A stretch of 64,000 nt of DNA from Octopus vulgaris (GCA_951406725.2 OX597839.1:8742001-8806000), one strand, 5' to 3'. Shown: positions 1 to 13,810, counted from the stretch's first letter. Program-made: numbers and translations. Notes: generated from the letters alone by a model not told the origin.

Positions 1-188
1 GACACACAAACATATACATACACATGACAGGCTTCTTTCAGTTTCCGTCTACCAAATCCACTCACAAGGCATTGGTCGGCCCGGGGCTATAGCAGAAGAC
101 ACTTGCCCAAGGTGCCACGCAGTAGGACTGAACCCGGAACCATGTGGTTGGATAGCAAGCTACTTACCACACAGCCACTCCTGCGCCT
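1..188 (-). mobile_element. SINE family A, head portion (runs off window edge)
   Basis: Reverse complement starts GGCGCAGGAGTGGCTGTGTGG (A box) ... GGTTCAGTCC (B box), then CORE-like CCTTGGGCAAGTGTCTT. Confidence 0.85.
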
Positions 189-751
189 TTTTGTTTATTT
201 TTTTGTTTTTTACTTCGATATTAACGGTTGACGAATTTTTCTCTTCCTGATTATATTAGATCTGATTCATGATAAACCGTTGCTCTCTGTGCTTCTTCTA
301 TTCAATACTCACATGTATGATTCGGGATGTCATTTTTTTCTGTTTGTATTTGCTTTTGTTTTTCGTTGTTTGTGGGGTTGTGTTTTTTTTTTTGTTTTTT
401 TTTTAATGTCTAATCCCACTGAGTTTTCCGTCTGATAGTCTGTTATCATTTAATTATAAATCTTTTCATGTTTTAAAGATAATTCCGTTCCGTTTAATAT
501 TTGCTTCAACAGAGAAACGTCTCTCCTCTCTCTCTCTCTCTTAATATATATATATATATATATAGCGTGTGTGTGTGGAGTGAGAGAGAGAGGGGCGAGA
601 GACTATACAAGAATATATATATATATATAATATATATATTCTTTTGTGTGTTCAGCCATGCGTCTGCGATCATACTGGAGCACTATCCATATATATATCA
701 GTCAATATGCAGAGAGTGAGGTGGGGGAAGAGAGAGAGATATATATAACGC

Positions 752-797
<46 letters not shown>

Positions 798-996
798 ACA
801 CAGATATTAAGTATTTGCTCTTGCGTTTTATTCAGTCAACAAGTTTCAATGGCACTGGATATCAAAATGTGTTGTAATATATGAGTTGGCGCAGACATAG
901 CTTTGTTCGCTTAGCAATCACAAGGCCGCGTGTTCGATCCTACTGCTCAGTAATTTGAAGTTTATGTGAATGAAATTTGGTAGCCAATATATTGCA

Positions 997-1794
<798 letters not shown>

Positions 1795-1832
<38 letters not shown>

Positions 1833-1961
1833 AACACATATATATATATACATATATATATATATACATATATATATATACACATATATATACAAATATA
1901 TACATATATATATATACACATATATATATACACATATATATATACACATATATACATACAC

Positions 1962-2002
<41 letters not shown>

Positions 2003-2043
2003 TATATATATACACATATATATATACACATATATACATACAC

Positions 2044-2090
<47 letters not shown>

Positions 2091-2385
2091 CACATATGTA
2101 CATACACATATATACATACATATATATACACATACATATATACATACATATATATATATATACACACATACATATATATACACATACATATATACATACA
2201 TATATATATACACACACATACATATATATATACACATACATATATACATACATATATATACACACATATATATATACACATACATATATATATATATATA
2301 TACACACACATATATATACACATATATATACATATATATATACACACATACATATATACACATATACATACATATATATATACAC

Positions 2386-2430
<45 letters not shown>

Positions 2431-2563
2431 TACATACACATACATATATGCATACATACATATATACACATATACATACATACATATATACACATATACA
2501 TACATACATATATACACATATACATACATATATATATATGTATATATATGTATATATATATAT
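1795..2563. repeat. Compound (TA)n/(TACA)n microsatellite
   Basis: Direct reading; source of the YIYI/HTHI ORFs. Confidence 0.95.
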
Positions 2564-2564
2564 A

Positions 2565-2745
2565 GTTGAAATTTACAGAAAAACAAAAGACGAAGACAGG
2601 TGTATAAACAAGAAACGGGTGTATTAGTTAGTGCTCGGGAAGGTGAGAAAGTCTTTTACGTTTTGAGCCTACGCTCTTCAACAGAAAGGAACACGAGGAT
2701 ACTAACAGAGAAAATTTAAAAAACTTGGATCTAGCGGTCAATCAT
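2565..2745 (-). mobile_element. Family E short repeat with hammerhead-like motif (2653-2688)
   Basis: Homologous to 5401-5533 and 57248-57435; minus strand CTTT-CTGTTGA-A-GAGC-GTAG-GCTC-AAAA-CGTA-AAAG. Confidence 0.65.
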
Positions 2746-3039
2746 ACACACACACATTACTCTGATTATTATGCATAAAAGCAAAATATTTTACTTTTTT
2801 GTAGATTAGGTAGGCATGATTCGCCCCTGCCAATCAATCTCAGTATTAAAACAAGGCATAGTACTGCTGTAGTACACGTGCTGCGTACATTCCTACAACG
2901 ACATTTTCTTTACGCGCTCTAAAGGCAGAAGTAAATCTGCCTCAAACCCATTCGCACCCCTGTGTTTCGCTTTTCCTTTTTTTTTCTACATAAACGTCAC
3001 CAACTGCCTACACTCTGAGTAATTACTGATAGTACGTGC

Positions 3040-3085
<46 letters not shown>

Positions 3086-3086
<1 letters not shown>

Positions 3087-3479
3087 TAGCAGTATCGCCC
3101 GGCGTTGCTCGGGTTTGTAAGGGAAATAACTATATAAGCATTATTAGAGAGTTATAGCCAAAAAATAGCAAAAAATGCATTAAAAATGGAAAAAAAAATT
3201 ATGGTAAATTTTTTTAAATCGTTGACTCATCGTAGACATTTTTAGAGAGTTACTTCCCTTATATATAGCGAAAAAATGCATTAAAATGGAAAAAAATTAT
3301 GGTAATTTTTTTTTAAATCGTAGACTCATCGTAGACGCGCGCTAATACCCAGAATAGCTCGATATGAATCACGACTATAAGATACCCGGTTTTGGTTAAA
3401 CTGCACCGCAAAATGTGGGAGTAGTTAGGAATCTAAATCGTAGGAGACAGACACACAACCTTACTTTTATATATAAAGA
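3086..3479 (-). mobile_element. Non-autonomous Helitron
   Basis: Minus strand 5'-TCTTTATATATAAAAG ... GC-rich hairpin CCCGAGCAACGCCGGG ... CTAG-3', inserted between A and T with no TSD; second copy at 32963-33358. Confidence 0.85.
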
Positions 3480-3494
3480 TATATATATATATAC

Positions 3495-3871
3495 TCTTTT
3501 ACTCTTTTACTTGTTTCAGTCATTTGACTGCGGCCATGCTGGAGCACCGCCTTTAGTCGAGCAAATCGACCCCAGGACTTATTCTTTGTAAGCCCAGTAC
3601 TTATTCTATCGTTATCTTTTGCCGAACCGCTAAGTGACGGGGAAGTAAACACACCAGCATCGGTTGACAAACACAGACACACAAACACCCACATACATAC
3701 ACATACACGACAGGCTTCTTTCAGTTTCCGTCCACCAAATCCACTCACAAGGCATTGGTCGGCCCGGGGCCACAGCAGAAGACACCTGCCCAAGATGCCA
3801 CGCAGTGGGACCGAACCCGGAACCACGCGGCCGGTTAGCAAGCTACTCACCACACAGCCACTCCTGCGCCT
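3495..3871 (-). mobile_element. SINE family A, full length
   Basis: tRNA-like head, CORE-like segment, internal (CA/TA)n, tail ending GACTGAAACAAGTAAAAGAG. Confidence 0.9.
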
Positions 3872-4089
3872 ATATATATATACATACATACATACACACA
3901 TACACACACATGATGTATTCTGCTGCTGAGGATGACATATGAGTGTTCAGTTTCTGCTGAATGACCTGCGCATACGATTAGTTCACTCCCTGCGGCAAAA
4001 TCAACGTTGTCTGAACGGGTGCACAAATGTACCACGGGTCAGGTGTTGAAGTGATTTGCCAAGCGAGAGGAAGTGTTTTACTCAAGGAC

Positions 4090-4127
<38 letters not shown>

Positions 4128-4203
4128 GTGTGTGTATGTATGTATATACACACACAGAGGTGAGCATATAAGTGCAAAACAAGGTGGAGGAAGTAGTACG
4201 AAC

Positions 4204-4583
4204 ACTCTTTTACTTGTTTCAGTCACTTGACTGCGGCCATGCAGGAGCACCGCCTCTAGTCGAACAAATCGACCCCAGGACTTATTTTAAGGCTAGTACT
4301 TATTTTATCGGTCTCTTTTGCCGAACCGCTAAGTTACGGGGACGTAAACACACCAGCATCGGTTGTCAAGCGATGTTGGGGGGGACAAACACAGACACAC
4401 AAACACACATACATATATATATATACGACGGGCCTCTTTCAGTTTCCGTCTACCAAATCCACTCACAAGGCTTTGGTCAGCCCGAGGCTATAGTGGAAGA
4501 TACTTGCCCAAGGTGCCACGCAGTGGGACTGAACCCGGAACTATGTGGCTGGTAAGCAAGCTACTTACCACACAGCCACTCCT
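4204..4583 (-). mobile_element. SINE family A, full length
   Basis: Colinear with 3495-3871. Confidence 0.9.
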
Positions 4584-4614
4584 TTTTTTTCTGCTTACAA
4601 TCACCATGAAATGA

Positions 4615-4945
4615 GTTCTACAAGCCTAATTTGGACGCTTCCAATTCAGGATGGCGCCCGTAGTGACAAGATAATAGCAGCTGCCTTCTCGCTAACTTTC
4701 GGGAGGTCTCGTAAAAGCATTTGTTTGGCATATGTTGCTGTCATTTTACACTTAGGGTTATTCGTAGCATCCTTGTGTAGCATCCATTTAGCCCGTTTGA
4801 TAATCTCTCTGTCAGTATCCACGTTTCATTGCCATATGACAGCGCTGATTCGACAGTTGCAATGAACAGCTTGACGCTGATTCCCCTGGACTGTTTGAAG
4901 TTCCAGATCTTCTTCAGTTTCTAACAGGTTTTCTATGCTTGTCTA
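4615..4945 (-). pseudogene. RTE-clade LINE ORF2 C-terminal fragment
   Basis: Manual translation KLKKIWN...KLFIATVESALSYGNETWILTERLSNGLNGCYTRMLRITLSVK*, matching the RTE LLYGxETW motif; contains stops. Confidence 0.7.
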
Positions 4946-5400
4946 ATGTGATATAGCTTAATGTAACATTAAGAAGGTGGTCAACTATAGCGCCCTTAAT
5001 GGTTATCAAAGGATCCTTGAGACATTGTAGGCTTAGAATAATGTGCATTCCAAATAAGATTCACTTAACTTGTTAAAAATAACAGTTAGTCCTTCTCAGA
5101 TCTGCCGTTCTATAAAAAAAATACGTTGGATACACATGGAAAGAGAAGGGATGGTCACGGCTAGAATACGATCAGGATTCACCTGGGCCTAAGCTACAAC
5201 ACCAAAGAAGCAACGATAACAACAAACTTTTACATCAGGTAATTTTTTCTACAATAGGTAAATGTCCTTCAACTGGTACTTATTCTATCGACCTCGAAAG
5301 AATGAAAGGCAAAGTCGACCTCAACGGAATTTGAACTCAGAACATAAAGACGGATGACATACTGCTAAGCCTTTTTCCGTCGTGCTAATAATTCCGCTGT

Positions 5401-5533
5401 GTCCCTTTCTGTAGAAGAGCGTAGGCTCGAAACGTAAAAGACTTTTTCTATTCCTGAGCGTTATACTAATACATCTGTTTGTTTTGTACACCACCTGCCT
5501 TCGTCTTTTGTTTTTTTTCGTAAACTCTCCCTA
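5401..5533 (+). mobile_element. Family E repeat with hammerhead-like motif (5405-5440)
   Basis: CTTT-CTGTAGA-A-GAGC-GTAG-GCTC-GAAA-CGTA-AAAG. Confidence 0.65.
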
Positions 5534-5547
5534 TATATACACACACA

Positions 5548-5778
5548 GGCGGTGAGCTGGCAGACACGTTAGCGCACCGGGCGGAATGCCTAGCGGTATT
5601 TCGTCTGTCGTTACGTTCTGAGTTCAAATTCCGCCGAGGTTGACTTTGCCTTTCATCCTTTCGGGGTCGATAAATAAAAGTACCAGTTTCGCACTGGGGT
5701 CGATGTAATCGACTTAATCCCTTTGTCTGTCCTTGTTCGTCCTCTCTATGTTTAGCCCCTTGTGGGCAATAAAGAAAT
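5548..5778 (+). mobile_element. SINE family B monomer
   Basis: GGCGGTGAGCTGGCAGA (A box) ... GAGTTCAAATT (B box) ... CCTTTCATCCTTTCGGGGTCGATAAATAAAAGTACCAG (recalls the Meta/MESC-type SINE central domain). Confidence 0.85.
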
Positions 5779-7228
5779 ATATATACACACACACGTCGAG
5801 CTTCTTTCAGTTTCCGTCTACCAAATCAACTGACAAAGGTTTGGTTGACCGATAGATACAGTGGAAGACACTTGCCCAAAGTACCGTGCAATGGGATTGT
5901 ATATAGGATAAAAAGGTTTGGAAGCAAGCTTCTCGCCACACAGCCACGCCTACGCCATAAGTTAATTTTTTGCGAAATTATTTCTTCAATTTCTCAAAGT
6001 TACCCGCTCTTTATTTTCTTTGGGGCTCGCTAACAACTACCTCTAGGTTTCTGTCTTTCATCCCCCAGCTAAAAGGCAAACTTCAATTATTAATTAAGAA
6101 TATGTTTACGTACTTCATTCAATACGCCATCCCTTAATTTATAAATCTAAGCTCATGCCATTAACCCCCGTTAGTTAGTTCACTTGACACGTTATATTCA
6201 TTTATTTATTCTTAATTATATCATACAATATCCAGAATAATTTACTTGTAAAAATTTTGCAATTAGTGTAACAAAGAAAATTATGTAAAATGTTATCTGT
6301 AGAGGTTAGAGCTCCAAAATGAATTTTCGATAGAGGCTAGAAATGCATAATTTATTCCAATTAATTCTTCTGATCTCTGGTTTGTTGCGTTATTTGCCAT
6401 GCATTTATGCATTTGCTATATTACTTCCATAAATTCCAGCTCAGACACTGAGTTCACTAATCCAATAGGGACATTATACAATTCCGTTTTTGTCAATCTC
6501 AAATGCATATCCAGCCATAAAATTTGATTTTGGACTAAATATTTTGAAGTAACAGATTAAAAATACCGCGTGGTATTTGGTCACATCCCTTCTTTACATT
6601 AGTTCAAATCACGACGATGTTAAATTTGACTTTTGTCCTTCAAGGCCATTCATATTGGGATTGAATTAATCGACTAGCTCTAACCCCATTTTCTTTTCAT
6701 TTCTTTTCTTTTCTTTGCGGGGGGGTCTTTATGTCTATATTAAACGATTGTTGTTGTTCTTGTTGTCGATATTGTTCTTCTTTTAACACGATGTATTATA
6801 CACCCCCCCCCCCCTGTAATGGGAATTTGTTTGGGCGATTTTATTCAAAATGAAATGTTTCTTTTGTTGTGCGTGCTTGCGTGCGTACGTGTGTGTGGTT
6901 GCGCGTAGAGAACCCTTAGAAAAGAAAATTGAGATGCTTATAATTACTTCGCCCACTTTCGGCGCAAAAACAAAGGGTTTTTTTTTCTTCATTCTTTTGT
7001 TTTTAATGATTTAACTTGCTTACAACCAACACAAAATATCAACGTTAGAGCCAACACGCGGTTAGGATGAAAAAGATGACAACAAACCAGAAACAAAAAC
7101 GACGGCAAATTAATTAATGCACTGTACAACAGAGCACACATATTTTGAAAGAAAACTGTTGCTTCTGTAGAATTTGGTTCAAAAGACGATTTGAGAGAAA
7201 GCTTTTAACAGTAGTAATAATAATAGCT

Positions 7229-8206
7229 ATTTCTTTATTGCCCACAAGGGGCTAAACACAGAGGGGACAAAAAAGGACAGACAAATGGGTTAAGTCGATT
7301 ACATCGACCCCAGTGCGTAACTGGTATTTATTTAATCGACCCCAAAAGGATGAAAGGCAAAGTCGACCTCGGCGGAATTTGAACTCAGAACGTAGCGGCA
7401 GACAAAATACCTGTTTCTTTATTACCCACAAGGGGCTAAACATAGAGGGGACAAACAAGGACAGACAAATGGGTTAAGTCGATTACATCGACCCCAGTGC
7501 GTAGCTGGTACTTATTTAATCGACCCCAAAAGGATGAAAGGCAAAGTCGACCTCGGCGGAATTTGAACTCAGAACGTAGCGGCAGACGAAATACCTATTT
7601 CTTTATTACCCACAAGGGGCTAAACATAGAGGGAACAAACAAGGACAGACATAGGTATTAAGTCGATTATATCGAACCCAGCGCGTAATTGGTACTTATT
7701 TAATCGACCCCAAAAGGATGAAAGGTAAAGTCGACCTGGGCGGAATTTGAACTCAGAACGTAGCGGCAGACGAAATACCTATTTCTATTTCTTTACTACC
7801 CACAAGGGGCTAAACACAGAAAGGAAAAACAAGGACAGACAAATGGATTAAGTCGATTACATCGACCCCAGTGCGTAACTGGTATTTATTTAATCGACCC
7901 CGAAAAGATGAAAGGCATTCGACCTGGGCGGAATTTGAACTCAGAACGTAGCGGCAGACGAAATACCTATTTCTATTTCTTTACTACCCACAAGGGGCTA
8001 AACACAGAAAGGACAAACAAGGACAGACAAATGGATTAAGTCGATTACATCGACCCCAGTGCGTAACTGGTATTTATTTAATCGACCCCGAAAGGATGAA
8101 AGGCAAAGTCGACCTCGGCGGAATTTGAACTCAGAACGTAGCGGCAGACGAAATACCGCTAAGCATTTCGCCCGGCGCGCTAACGTTTCTGCCAGCTCGC
8201 CGCCTT
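7229..8206 (-). mobile_element. Tandem array of five SINE B units
   Basis: Units of about 185 bp; only the unit ending at 8206 has the full head. Confidence 0.9.
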
Positions 8207-8507
8207 AAACAGCAATAATATGTACTTTTTAAACTTTTATTTGCTTCAGTCATTAGGCTGCGGCCATGCTGGGGCACCGCTTTGAAGAATTTTTAATCAG
8301 AATGCATCGTTCCCAGTACCGATTTTCTTTAAGCCTGGTACATATTCTATCAATTCTTGTTGTTGAAGCGCTAGGTTACGAGGACGTTACCAAACCAACT
8401 CCGGGAGCAGATTATATATTTAGACTGACTAAATATTTACACGCTAGGCCACTGGTAAAGGAAATTTCTGATATTTCAGATTACCTTTTGATATTATTAA
8501 TTATATA

Positions 8508-8577
<70 letters not shown>

Positions 8578-8652
8578 ACGAGCTCCATTCAGTTTCCGTC
8601 AACCATATCCACTCGCCATTGCGCCTCCACATCTTATGTGTTTAAATGTATA

Positions 8653-8702
<50 letters not shown>

Positions 8703-9588
8703 CAGGGGGAAGTGAATAAACTTCCGTCTAAATTACTCAAAAATGAGAATAACACGGATATCTCATTTTAACAGTTATATTTACCAAAATTCCATAAAAA
8801 TATCTTAAAATACTAAAAAGTAAAGTTATTCAATAAAATCGTCACTGGTTTTAACCACGGCCTCCAGACAACATCGGAGTCTCTTGCAACTCTTCTTGAC
8901 GGTCTCCTTGATTTAGCTGGCGATTGCTGCCATAATCCTTGCCTTCAGTTCATCTATCGTGCTGCAAAGAGTTTTGTTGATCTCTCACTCAACTGCGTCC
9001 CCCACATAATAATCAGAGGGGTTGCAGTCTCGGGAGTTAGGTAGCCAGATGCTTAGGGTGATGTGGTCACAGAAATTGTCTGACCGCCGTGACTAGGTTC
9101 TCTTGCTTGTGTGGCATGATGCAGAGCCCCGTTCCCAGAATAGGGTCTTCCATCAGCCACCCTTTTGACCCAGGGCAGCACTACCTCCTCCAGGCACTTG
9201 ATGTAGGGCCTCCGTGTTGAGTCTGAGGCTATGTGGGAAGATGAATAGAGGCATAACGTCGCCATCGCTCGTAATTATTCTAAACACCATAATGTTGACT
9301 GGATGTTTGATTTTTATCACTCTCGTACGTGTCCTCAGATTGCACTGTCCCCAGATTGACAGCCAAACACTCTGAAATGTTTGTATTGGAGCTTCCGTCA
9401 CCAATGACAAGCAGCACAGCATGTCGTTTCCAAATTTCTGGCAGAGTGAATAGCGTCATGGTGCTGTTTTTCTCATAGATGGTGCTCAACTGACCCTACT
9501 ATACTGTGTAGCTAACAAAATCAAAAACAAACAATGCGCATGCGTGAAATTAAAAATATAAAATGGCGACAATTTACCCCTCACACTG
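8703..9588 (-). mobile_element. Internally deleted Tc1/mariner element (maT/DD37D-like) with transposase pseudogene
   Basis: TA-CAG...CTG ends with degenerate TIRs; peptides KHPVNIMVFRIITSDGDVMPLFIFP, YIKCLEEVVLPWVKRVA and IWLPNSRDCNP (WPPxSPDLNP motif); frameshifted. Confidence 0.8.
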
Positions 9589-10708
9589 TGTGTGTGTGTG
9601 TGTATGTAAGTATGTATGTGTGTGTGTGTGTCCCACCACCACTTGACAACCGGAGTTGGTTTGGTAACGTCCTCGTAACCTAGCGCTTCAACAACAAGAA
9701 TTGATAGAATATGTCCCGAACTTAAAGTAGAAGACACTGGCCCAGGGTGCCTCGCAGTGGGATGAACCTAGAATCATGTGGTTTGGGAAACAAGTTTCTT
9801 ACTACACAGCCTGCGCAATTTTAGTGAAAGGTTAGTATCGTCTTTTATAAATGCAGTTTACAACATATTAACTTTGGAAGGATTGCGTGACAACACTTTT
9901 ATACAAAAACAAGTACGTTTCATCTGGAGTGAGAGAGAAAGAAGGTGACTCAACAGTACCCTTTTAGGGCCGCACAGACTTTTCATTGTGACTTCGAAAG
10001 ACCTGTAACTTACAACTCATATTGCTACGTAGGTTTTATATCTCCTATATATGGCATGAAAGAGCATCTAGCAGTACTATATGGATTTTAAAACTGATAA
10101 CGGAGAAAATATAGTCCTAGTTAAGGCCTTATGCACTTGCCCACAGAATATTCTTGCAGTATGTGAGACGAATAATTGCGAAGATCAAGGTAAAATATAT
10201 CGGAGTCTACTTTTGACACAGAATCTTCGCAACTTTTATGACATTGATGATCAACACAAACCTATTGTAATGAGAAGGGGCAGATTATAATCGCCGAATG
10301 ACCAAAAACGATATTCGGTCGAGCGGTCGAGTGGGTTTTGTATGGATATACAGTTTCCGATGATACTCCCGTCTTCAAAGACCACATGCCAACCTAAATC
10401 TAAAATGAATGACATTACTTTAGTCGTACAGGATAGTAGCAATAAATTTCCACATAAGGGTTTTCTGCCCTTAAGAGAAGAAACTGTGAAGAAAAGTAGA
10501 GGGGAGGGGCAACTGAGACAGCAACAATAACAGCAAGACGTCCCAAAAGCTACTTTTTTCCAAAATACTACAGTTGCAATTCAAAAAATGACGAAAGTAA
10601 TCGCTACCCACTCAGTATCATAGGTCGACGACAAAGAAACTGGGGGCTCCTTGCTCTATACCACTTTTACCTCTTTTTCAGGCCTTTATTTATTTATTTA
10701 TTTATCTA

Positions 10709-10849
10709 TAAGGTTGTCCCAAAAGTTTGTAGAAAGTCTTGGAAAATAATGGTCTTTATTTTGAGGAATAATTTTTGTTGTTTTTGTTAGTACTTGGCGA
10801 GTAAAAATTCAATTTTCGCAAGTGTTTACGAACTTTTGGGACAACCTAA
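10709..10849. mobile_element. Mariner-like MITE
   Basis: TIR AGGTTGTCCCAAAAGTT / AACTTTTGGGACAACCT flanked by TA. Confidence 0.75.
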
Positions 10850-11160
10850 TATTTATTTTTCCTATGCGTTTTCTTATTTCGCCATTAGCATTTGAGCCAA
10901 TTTTGGCATTCACTTAAAGCTTTCTTCCTCTATGTCGAGTTTTGCTGGATATCGATCATGAAGTGGGGTTTTTTCCCCCCTACCTTTTATTCTCCAAGAC
11001 ATTTTGGAATCCCGATTTGATTTTGTCATTCTGATTTCGATGATTATATCAAATCTACAGTTCCAAGGTTTTAGTTTTCATTCCTTCGATTTGAGTACAT
11101 TTGCCTAGTCCAATACTCATTTATGTAACCTAGTTGGATTCCCAGACAATTTTTTTACAA

Positions 11161-11166
11161 AGCAGC

Positions 11167-11207
<41 letters not shown>

Positions 11208-11373
11208 AAGTAGTAGTAGAAGTAGTAGTAGTAGTGGTAGTAGTGGTGGTGGTGGTGGTGGCAGCGGCAGCAGCAGTAGTAGTGGTAGTAGTAGTAGTAG
11301 TAGTGGTAGTAGTAGTGGTGGTGGTGGCGGCGGCGGCAGCAGCAGTAGTAGTAGTAGTAGTAGTAGTAGTAGC

Positions 11374-11467
<94 letters not shown>
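11161..11467. repeat. (AGT)n/(GGT)n/(AGC)n microsatellite
   Basis: Direct reading. Confidence 0.95.
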
Positions 11468-11869
11468 AGACTTGAATCAGGATCCGTTTCTAAATATATT
11501 TATATATTGTTTTTTTTTTTACAAGTTAACACAATTTTTTTTATATTTTATTTTTATTCTTTATTCGTATAAAGAACACTTAAGAATCATGAACAAAATA
11601 TTTCGACATTTTTTTATTTATTATTTATTTATTTTTTATCTAGATAACGAATATATACCATCAATATTTCACATAGAGAAACTGAAGAAATTAAGGCCTA
11701 GAGGAGACAAAAAAAAAACTTCACCTTCTACTTGTTTCCAAAAGGAAATCTCGACGTTAAAATTAGCACTTGACAACGCAAATCATCGCCAGTTTCTTCA
11801 AACGGTAGAGATCGTTCTTCCTTATATGTGTATGAGTGTCTGTGTGCGTGCGTGACTGCATGTGTGCAT

Positions 11870-12375
11870 CGATACATACATACATACATATACATATATA
11901 TACCCACAAACACACACATATACATATATATACACACACACATATATATACACAAACACACACATACATATATTTATACATATATATATATATATATACA
12001 TATATATGTACACACAAACACACACACACACACACATATATACACACAAACACACACATATACATATATATACGCACAAACACACACACATACATGTATA
12101 TATATATATACACACAAACACACACGCATATATATATATACATTTATATACACACAAACACACGCACATATATATATATATACATATATATACACACAAA
12201 AACACAACACACATATATATACATATATATATATACACACAAAAACACAACACACACACATATATATATACACACAAACACACACATACATATACATATA
12301 TATATACATACATATACGTGTGTGTTTGAGCTTGTCTGAAATTATGTGTATACACGCGCGCGCACACACACGTAC
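11870..12375. repeat. Compound (CA)/(TA) microsatellite
   Basis: Direct reading. Confidence 0.9.
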
Positions 12376-12749
12376 GTTACATTATTATTGTCATTATTAT
12401 CGATTTTTTTAAACGTACACTCACTGTCGCATTAGCAGGGGAGGTAAGCAGAATCGTGTGTCGCGTTCTCTGCACAAGAGAGCACGTGATCTGACAAGTG
12501 AAAAAAAAAAAAAAAAAAAAAGAAAAAGACGTAGTTATAACATACAAACACTCAAACTCCAACACACACATACACACAGCCATATATATTTGTGTGTGTG
12601 TGTACATGGAGATAGGTATGCGTATAAATGACACTGTAATTATATATCTAGACTGATATGTGACAAACCGAATGCTAGGTATAGATTAGCAGTAAAAATG
12701 AACAGAATGCAACATATATTGAAAATGACATGTCGATATATGTACACGA

Positions 12750-12803
<54 letters not shown>

Positions 12804-13303
12804 GATCTACCTCTATAATTATTGTGATTTTCCAGGAACTGCTACAGCGGATCAAGAGATGTATCGGAAGAAATGATTTTTTTAAAAATAGCAACAACAA
12901 AAACACCGCAAACTACAAAGAAAATAATATTATCTGAGTATATTGAGGTGGCCTTTTTTTTTCATTTGCTATTCAGTAGCGAAACAAAGAAGGCTATTAC
13001 ATTGCCTAGATGTAAACACATACACACACACACACACACACAAACACGAGCGTAAGTACATACATGTATATTTATATACACGCATACATACTCACACATA
13101 TACACACACGCGCATATACATATGCACATGTTAGTAGTAATAAATTGATGAAGTCTGAAGGACTCAATACAGGTTACAGAGGCAGTCCATTTGGTAGTGT
13201 TATGTGTCGTTACTCACTAGTTTCCACGTGTAGTTGCTTCTTCAGACAGCCATGGTCGTCTGAAGAAACGGTCACGCGCAGAAACTAACAAAAATTTTTT
13301 AAA

Positions 13304-13566
13304 TCTTATTTTATAAAGAAGGGTGATTTCTGTCTGCGTGTGTAGATAGAGATAGAGAAGGGGAGGAATCAAAAGTGGTAGATAACCCCAACTGGCCATA
13401 CCATACGAGGCACGTTATAGTTTCAACGTATATTTTGGAGGCAAGAAGGGAGGAGAAAAGTTGTTGAGAGAGAAATATAGTGAGAAAGAGCGAGAGAGAA
13501 AGAGATAGGGCGAGAGGGGACAGTCAGACAGAAACAGAGAGAGAGGGGGGGATGAAAGATAGATAA

Positions 13567-13630
<64 letters not shown>

Positions 13631-13810
13631 TGTTGTCACCATAGTAACACAGAAGTTTTCATTAAAAACGCGGGAATTCTAAGTGCAAGTCTATCAACAC
13701 AACGCAACAGAGACTTCAAATAAATAACTATATATGTAGTTATCCTGCTAAAGGATCTATTTCACTTTGATTAGATCGTTACCCAGTAGCGTAGCAACGG
13801 ATACGACTAG
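13304..13810 (+). mobile_element. Probable non-autonomous Helitron with internal (GATA)n
   Basis: A|TCTTATTTTATAAAG start; degenerate hairpin then CTAG|T end. Confidence 0.55.

Noticed and set aside
7229-8206. CRISPR-like regular repeats
   Set aside because: No unique spacers; the units are SINE copies in eukaryotic DNA
11134-11572. Poly-Ser/Gly or poly-Val ORF
   Set aside because: Pure (AGT)n tract with no codon variation and no convincing splice context
12420-12495. GAG|GTAAGC donor and CACGTG box suggesting a non-coding first exon
   Set aside because: Short motifs expected by chance; no linked exon found
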